DNA of 40,758 bases, from the IMG/VR virus record IMGVR_UViG_3300022863_000016, positions 1 to 40,758 of that record. One strand, 5' to 3'. Position 1 is the stretch's first letter, and each line of letters opens with the position of its first letter. This document shows positions 35,104 through 40,758 of this stretch, one piece after another. The DNA is from a virus (lineage: Duplodnaviria > Caudoviricetes). The position numbers and the translations under genes are program-made. The notes beneath the pieces are model-generated. The model worked only from the letters and a program-made list of their open reading frames with translations, was not told the origin of the DNA and did not search any database.

Positions 35104-35472
35104 TCAAACCGTAAAGGAGAATGATGTGGTTTCGCCTGTCGCATCATCTGTGTAAGAAATAAAGATGATCTGCGTGGCGAGGTTATTTGGGTTTGATGAA
35201 ACATTAATGATTGGTGGAGGATTGTGTGCAACCGAACTTTCCATCGCAATCTGCGACATGATGATTGCTTTAATGGTTGAAACTTGCCAGGTTCCGCCAA
35301 TCTTTTGTGGAAGACCAGCGCCATATGGGAGATGGAAGATATACCCTCTAACAGCTGTGCATATCCTACGGATAATACGCTGCTGCGTTAAAAGAGCTCC
35401 TTCAACTGTAACTAAATCTCCTGTGGCTGAGACCTGGAAGTCACTATTCCAGTTGAGTGAAACGTCTGCCAT
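35104..35472 (-). CDS. baseplate wedge / sheath initiator (gp25/gp46-like)
   Basis: SATGDL, QQRIIRR, YIFHLPYGAGL; position between spike and gpJ. Confidence 0.75.
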   Translation of the reverse strand: MADVSLNWNSDFQVSATGDLVTVEGALLTQQRIIRRICTAVRGYIFHLPYGAGLPQKIGGTWQVSTIKAIIMSQIAMESSVAHNPPPIINVSSNPNNLATQIIFISYTDDATGETTSFSFTV

Positions 35473-35473
35473 A

Positions 35474-36049
35474 CTAAGTACCAAAGGTTGTAGTAGATGG
35501 TCCACTTGCCAGCATTACTGGAGAACTAGCAGAAGCTGAGCCTAAGTACACTTTGCCACCAGCCTGGTGGATGACTCCACCTGAGCTGTCCGTGTGTGTA
35601 ATATTCCCAGAAGCATCATGAACTGTTGAAGAACCACCAGACCCTATCATTGTAAGCTTTTTATCTGCGCTAAATGATATTTTAGAACCAGACTGGTGTT
35701 GAAGAATTATTTCACCTGACTGCGCAGCTGGCGGCTTGTCCTGTTCTGAATGCACAACACCTACGATTGCTAGTGTTTCAGTGTCACCTTCTTGTGGCTG
35801 AAGCTCTACTTGATCACCAGTCGTTTTCCCATCACCTGGAGTAAGACCAACGACAATACCCCAGCCATTACCAATATGCTTGGTTTTGATGGTTAACCAT
35901 CCTGTTTCTTGTCCCTCAGGCTGCAGTGTCACCTTCGCAAGATGATTAACTGGATCATAACTTGTAACCAACCCATATCTTTTTGAGTGGCGACCTGCCA
36001 TGACTCGTTCGACTTCTCGGCGAATAATATTTAAGAAATCGGCACTCAT
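35474..36049 (-). CDS. baseplate central spike (gpV-like)
   Basis: GLVTSYDP..AKV..ETGWL OB-fold followed by beta repeats. Confidence 0.85.
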   Translation of the reverse strand: MSADFLNIIRREVERVMAGRHSKRYGLVTSYDPVNHLAKVTLQPEGQETGWLTIKTKHIGNGWGIVVGLTPGDGKTTGDQVELQPQEGDTETLAIVGVVHSEQDKPPAAQSGEIILQHQSGSKISFSADKKLTMIGSGGSSTVHDASGNITHTDSSGGVIHQAGGKVYLGSASASSPVMLASGPSTTTFGT

Positions 36050-37065
36050 GTTGCAGACCTTCCTTTTTTAGGACCTTTGGAAGTGATGCACATTCTGTGG
36101 CCTCCCATACCAAAGTGATGTACGACATTCTCCATATCGTAATCTTGATCAAAGTAAATAGTTCCGCGAAGTCTAAGCTTCATTGAAACGTCAATGTTTA
36201 CGTCGCCAGCACAATCAACTGTTAGGTGAAACTCATGCTTGCAGTGTTCAAATGCCTTAGATTTAGCATGCTGAAAAGCGTGGTCTTGTGTAAGACCTGG
36301 AACATGGTAGTTATATTCAGTTGTTCCACCAACACCTTCGACAGTTGACGTAGCTATGAAAGCTTGTTTCTTGCGAGTGTTCCAACTGCTGACTTTTACT
36401 TTCACAGTTTTGCCAGCCTGAACGTTTCTGGAAATAACAAGCTTTAGGAAATCCGCCGACTTGGTTGGACCTGGAACATATACTATTGGATAGGCGGCAG
36501 CATCACTATCACTATTCTTAAAGTGCAGTGTTCCTTTACTTACCCACCAGCGGCAACCTTCCATCTCTGCGATTTTATGTATGATGGAAGCAAACGAAAG
36601 GCCATCAGTAAGTTTAGTCCAGTCAATCTGGACCATCTTGCCAGCATTGAGTTTACTTTCGTCAACATCAGCACTAAGACCTACTCTCTGCGCTAGTGTC
36701 TTAACAACATCACTATTTTTCTGGTTGATGAACTTCTCTGATGATTTAGTAGCATGTAACTTGGCTGACTTGTCGCGACCACTAAAGTTAATCACACCTT
36801 CAATAAAACCGAATTGCACATTATCAATTTCGCCTTCAAGCAGTGTGACTTCGCCATTGCCTGACATAACTGAAATAGTGGTACTATTCTCACCTAGCGT
36901 TGTGAATAAAGCCATGGCCCCTGGCAAATCCATTGGAAGGTCGCCAGAGAAAGTAGAACTTTTCTTCGCTGCAGTCTGCGTAGCCGACCCAGATTTTAAC
37001 AGAAACTTTTGGCCATTAACGGTTACCCAAGCGGCGTGGGCTCTGACTGCTTGAGAGATGGCCAT
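36046..37065 (-). CDS. baseplate hub (gpD-like)
   Basis: GEID...SGRD; VKVSSWN; position. Confidence 0.75.
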   Translation of the reverse strand: MAISQAVRAHAAWVTVNGQKFLLKSGSATQTAAKKSSTFSGDLPMDLPGAMALFTTLGENSTTISVMSGNGEVTLLEGEIDNVQFGFIEGVINFSGRDKSAKLHATKSSEKFINQKNSDVVKTLAQRVGLSADVDESKLNAGKMVQIDWTKLTDGLSFASIIHKIAEMEGCRWWVSKGTLHFKNSDSDAAAYPIVYVPGPTKSADFLKLVISRNVQAGKTVKVKVSSWNTRKKQAFIATSTVEGVGGTTEYNYHVPGLTQDHAFQHAKSKAFEHCKHEFHLTVDCAGDVNIDVSMKLRLRGTIYFDQDYDMENVVHHFGMGGHRMCITSKGPKKGRSAT

Positions 37066-37298
37066 TACTGCCCCAATATTCCGCCATTACTGACAAGATT
37101 GGTTGAAGAGATAGGAATCTGTAAACTGGTAAGCTCACCAATCCACGGGTCTTTAAGACCATTCATGTCTGCGATGACGTACCAAAGTGTGACGTCGCCT
37201 AAGTGAGTTGCGGCAACATCAAATAGGTTGGTATTTGAAACATAGATTTGCTTGGTACCAACAACCTCAGCCATGTAACCCGTAGTCGTCGTTGTCAT
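37065..37298 (-). CDS. LysM / tail X-like protein
   Basis: NLFDVAATHLGD..LW..IA..NGLKDP..LQIP. Confidence 0.8.
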   Translation of the reverse strand: MTTTTTGYMAEVVGTKQIYVSNTNLFDVAATHLGDVTLWYVIADMNGLKDPWIGELTSLQIPISSTNLVSNGGILGQ

Positions 37299-37612
37299 CA
37301 GACTATCACCTGCTTAAGATTATAGACAACTCGCCCGATAAACCCGCGCATCTGCGAAAGATTGCTCTGGTCTATAACACTTTGTTGAAGACCGAGTAAT
37401 GCGTCTGGCAGTGAAGCAATATTGGCAGGTTGCATAAACGCATCAATGGATGGGCTTATACTTGTGTTTGAAGCATCGATTGCACTTACAAGATTTTCAG
37501 CTTGACTTTGCAATGAAGTGACGGCTGCTTTGCCTGCTGAGTTTAGAGGGTCAGCTATGCCAAAGTCCATAGACAGAGCCGTCAAAGCATCTGAGATGGC
37601 AGTTGGGATCAT
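37298..37612 (-). CDS. tail-associated hypothetical protein
   Basis: 104 aa, coupled within the tail operon. Confidence 0.7.
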   Translation of the reverse strand: MIPTAISDALTALSMDFGIADPLNSAGKAAVTSLQSQAENLVSAIDASNTSISPSIDAFMQPANIASLPDALLGLQQSVIDQSNLSQMRGFIGRVVYNLKQVIV

Positions 37613-37613
37613 C

Positions 37614-38054
37614 TTAAGGCCCTAGTGATAATGCTGAAGAAATGTCTGAAGCAATCATGCTGCCAACTGCAGAAATTGCGCCCACAATACCAGACATTGG
37701 GTTAAAGGCGATCATGCACGTTACACTATATTCCACGTAGTTTGGATAACGCACAATATGGGCAGTGAACTCAGCTATGATGACGTTGTAGAACATTCCA
37801 CCGAAGATCAGTGGAATTTGAGCTCCGGACTTTCGCATGCCATCCAAGATCATACAATTCGTCATGGCATTATCATCAAAGAATATGCCATTGAAAGTGA
37901 TGTCGTGATCATCAGGACCAAGAAGATCGATCACGCGAGAACCGCCAGGCAATTTGTGGATTGCCATGGCTTGCTTACCACCGAATGGTATTTTGTCCGG
38001 TGGAGAGAAGTTATTAAACACCACTCCACCGAGAATCAGTGTATCGGTTGACAT
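37614..38054 (-). CDS. tail tube initiator (gpU-like)
   Basis: PFGGKQ..HKLPGG.RVID.LG; follows tape measure. Confidence 0.7.
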   Translation of the reverse strand: MSTDTLILGGVVFNNFSPPDKIPFGGKQAMAIHKLPGGSRVIDLLGPDDHDITFNGIFFDDNAMTNCMILDGMRKSGAQIPLIFGGMFYNVIIAEFTAHIVRYPNYVEYSVTCMIAFNPMSGIVGAISAVGSMIASDISSALSLGP

Positions 38055-38060
38055 GATCTA

Positions 38061-40271
38061 TCACCCTGTGCTAAACTGCATGTCTGGCGAAGCCCAGGCA
38101 AGCTCGCCATCAAAGTGTGGGGCACTCGTTGGAAAAAGGCTTTTGGCAACCATTCTACGCTCAACTGAACGATGAACGACTTCCCCATCCAAGTGCATCA
38201 CATTATTGATTTCGAAGGCCTGTCCTGACGCATTAGGTGAACGTGAGGCACTCGCGGATAAACGGGCAATACGATTATTGGGCTCAATGTACCCGTGATT
38301 ACTCGGAACAAAGAGCTCAGGACCTCGTTCACCAACAAGGTAACTTGAACCACTACGTACCGGTCCACCAAGAGCACGCGCTCCCGCTGGGGCAGCAGGG
38401 GCTCCTCCGCCAAATGAGAACAGACTGGCGGCTTTGCCTTTTACATAGTCTACCGCACTTGATATGCCTGCCAATATGGCGTTGCCGAGACCTTTCATAA
38501 TGCCAATAACCTGTGAAGCCGTAGGTATGGCATCACTGATAGCTGTTGATATGTCACTTCCAAACTTAGCTAGTTTAGGACTAATTGCAGCCCAAGCATC
38601 ACTAAGCATTTTAAGCAGCCCATCAGTAAGTTCTTTGTCAAACTTCTGAAAGTTTGTGCCTATCTCAGAGAAGCCCTTCATCATTTTGCCAAAGTCTAGT
38701 GTAAATAGACCCTGTACTGCGTGCCAGACGCCTTTCATCATTCCGCCAAAGTGACCCATGGAGGCGCCAAGGGTCTTGAAAGCCTCTGGACTAAGAGCTT
38801 TAAGATTATCCTTAAATAAGAAAAATGCAGCAGCTAATCCTGCAACGGCGGCAACAGCCAACCCTATAGGACCAAGCATAGCTGCAACAGCCACTGTAAA
38901 GGCTATAAGACCACCAACGAGAAGAGATGATCCTAGGATTACAAGAGCCTTACCAATGGCTGAAATTGTACCTGGATTGGCCATGGCGAATTGAGATATA
39001 GCACTGAGAATCGGGTTCAAAGTCTGTAACAAGCCGATCTTTAATGGCACCAAAGCTGCACCGAGTGACTCCATGACATTTTGAAGCTGAGCTTGGTTTT
39101 GACGCAAGACCGTTGTTGGGTCTTCATCATTAATCAGAGAGACAGCATCATCACCAACTTTATTGATGTTGCCAACATGCTTATTAAGCTGGGCATTTGT
39201 CTGAGGAATTAAAGACTCGTCGAGAAATTGCTTCAGGAACTTATTGCCACGTCCTATTTCAGCAGCAACCAACTGCATTTGTTTAGAGTCATTAGTGTCA
39301 ACACCTTGTTCTTTGAGGTGTTCCTTGAACTTGTTGGCCCACTCAAGCGGGTTTTGCCTGAATGTGTCCGCTTCCCACATGGAACCAGGTTTGAAACCTT
39401 GGAACTTGTTATATGCATCATGTATTTCATCTTCTTTCTTGTGCAGACCCCACTTTTCTTGGAAGTCAGCTTGCAAATTAGATGATTTGACGCCACCCCA
39501 CATATTGTTGTTGGCTTGGTAGAGAACAGCACCTGTACGATCACCAAGACCTGAGTTGATGTAGGCTGGAAGACCTTTGGTTAAGAAGTCGTTGTTCCAA
39601 CCATATCGAGCATCAGCACTTGTTTTAATGTTGTGCAAGAAAGATTCACCTGTGATGCGCCCTCTCAGAGCGATCATCATAGGCAAAAGGTCTTTAGCTG
39701 CCTTGCTTGCGGCTTCTTCAGTGACGCGTCCAGACAGTTCGATGCCTCGCGCAAAAGAACCTTTCTGGTTCGTGTCGGTGGCACTGCCTACTTCAAAACC
39801 TTTATTCTGAGCAGCGGCGGCCACTGTACTGAGTGTATTGAAAGCAGGCAGGAGTTTTGCAGCCTCACCAACATCATTAACGATGTTGTAGAGATCATGC
39901 ATGGCCTCAATGTTGCCGGAAATGGTGGTATTGAAGTTCTTGCCAGCTTCAATGGTGGCTTGCTGTGATATGAAAGCTATGTCTGAAGCTCTCGACAAAG
40001 CCGGAAGAGCTGACTTGAACATAACCTGCGCGTGGACGAGTTTTTCGCCAGCCTTTTCAATGTGATTGGCCATTGCAAGGATAGCTCCACCAGCTACCGC
40101 TCCAACAATGCCAGCCCCAAATAGAGACTTCTGCGCAACGCCCATTGAACTGAATTTTTCAATGAGATGCGAAACGTGGTAATTGAGACCGATGAACTCA
40201 CGCGAGAGCAAAGCCAGCACTGGTGACACAGCATTATGTGCCTCAATGTCTATGCCTACTTTGTAAGTCAT
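38061..40271 (-). CDS. tape measure protein
   Basis: Long helical Ala/Gly-rich protein with hydrophobic segments; RALGGPV..YLVGERGPELF. Confidence 0.9.
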   Translation of the reverse strand: MTYKVGIDIEAHNAVSPVLALLSREFIGLNYHVSHLIEKFSSMGVAQKSLFGAGIVGAVAGGAILAMANHIEKAGEKLVHAQVMFKSALPALSRASDIAFISQQATIEAGKNFNTTISGNIEAMHDLYNIVNDVGEAAKLLPAFNTLSTVAAAAQNKGFEVGSATDTNQKGSFARGIELSGRVTEEAASKAAKDLLPMMIALRGRITGESFLHNIKTSADARYGWNNDFLTKGLPAYINSGLGDRTGAVLYQANNNMWGGVKSSNLQADFQEKWGLHKKEDEIHDAYNKFQGFKPGSMWEADTFRQNPLEWANKFKEHLKEQGVDTNDSKQMQLVAAEIGRGNKFLKQFLDESLIPQTNAQLNKHVGNINKVGDDAVSLINDEDPTTVLRQNQAQLQNVMESLGAALVPLKIGLLQTLNPILSAISQFAMANPGTISAIGKALVILGSSLLVGGLIAFTVAVAAMLGPIGLAVAAVAGLAAAFFLFKDNLKALSPEAFKTLGASMGHFGGMMKGVWHAVQGLFTLDFGKMMKGFSEIGTNFQKFDKELTDGLLKMLSDAWAAISPKLAKFGSDISTAISDAIPTASQVIGIMKGLGNAILAGISSAVDYVKGKAASLFSFGGGAPAAPAGARALGGPVRSGSSYLVGERGPELFVPSNHGYIEPNNRIARLSASASRSPNASGQAFEINNVMHLDGEVVHRSVERRMVAKSLFPTSAPHFDGELAWASPDMQFSTG

Positions 40272-40281
40272 GCTCAGACCT

Positions 40282-40695
40282 TTACGTGTGTGTCAGATGC
40301 TGCCAAAATCTCTTTATTAGAAGAGCTTTTACTTCGGCTTCTTTTGCATGATAAGCACCACCAATAAAAGGTCTTGGTGGCACGCGACTGGTACCGAACT
40401 CATGCCATTCAGCTTTTGGATCATCTGAACCAATAGAGGCTTTATGGTCAGTTACTGAATATTCGATACTATCTCGCAGAGCTCCTGTTTCAAGAAGTGG
40501 AGAGTCCCCGGTAGTTTTTCGAGCGACAGTAGCCTCTTTAAGAGGTGTCCATCCATAATCATAAGTACCGAGAACTCTCTTAGCTTCTGTTTGATATATG
40601 ATAGCCGCTTCTGTCAAGGCTTCATGCTCGACATGATCAAAGCCTTTTCTCAAGGCGGTAAGTTTGGCAGCAAACCCAAGTAGTGTGAAAGCCAT
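40282..40695 (-). CDS. virion morphogenesis / tail completion protein (gpS/gp10-like)
   Basis: W.PL...T..RK, PLLETGALRDSI, HEFGT..PPRPF. Confidence 0.85.
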   Translation of the reverse strand: MAFTLLGFAAKLTALRKGFDHVEHEALTEAAIIYQTEAKRVLGTYDYGWTPLKEATVARKTTGDSPLLETGALRDSIEYSVTDHKASIGSDDPKAEWHEFGTSRVPPRPFIGGAYHAKEAEVKALLIKRFWQHLTHT

Positions 40696-40696
40696 G

Positions 40697-40758
40697 CTAG
40701 TCTTTCCTTACCCACCCAAGGGAATTCCAATCAAACTCGCCACCTTCAAGTTCCCCAA
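40697..40758 (-). CDS. partial gene, probable tail assembly chaperone C-terminus
   Basis: ...GELEGGEFDWNSLGWVRKD*; truncated by the window edge. Confidence 0.5.
   Translation of the reverse strand, partial: GELEGGEFDWNSLGWVRKD

Noticed and set aside
1-40758. CRISPR array, reverse transcriptase/DGR, integrase or transposase; the many short overlapping ORFs in the track
   Set aside because: No regular repeat-spacer array or diagnostic motifs seen; the short ORFs are alternate-frame or antisense shadows of well-supported genes

Overview
Part of a tailed dsDNA phage genome with a contractile-type tail. The host is probably Gram-negative, possibly alphaproteobacterial, which is inference only. 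Layout: 1-6.3 kb holds small early genes, a structured ~470-nt non-coding stretch and tRNA-Ser. 6.3-25.6 kb holds DNA metabolism and replication genes: DEDDh exonuclease, ThyX, primase-helicase, family A polymerase, nuclease, SSB-like protein, SNF2 helicase, four free-standing homing endonucleases and three more tRNAs. 25.7-40.8 kb on the minus strand holds lysis, tail fibre, baseplate and tape measure genes. The strongest signal is an operon at 13.8-17.8 kb: SAM methyltransferase, MazG-like pyrophosphatase, a dNMP kinase fused to a UDG-like domain, a thymidylate-synthase homologue with the dCMP-specifying Asp, and dCMP deaminase, with a separate ThyX supplying dTMP. This suggests a cytosine-replacement pathway with an unusual methylation step. 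Other signals are a candidate long structured ncRNA, a GGC-N11-TKTACW-N17-TANNNT promoter family, a complete set of UGN-anticodon tRNAs, and host beta-clamp and SSB-tail-like motifs. All calls come from reading motifs by eye; no database searches were run.
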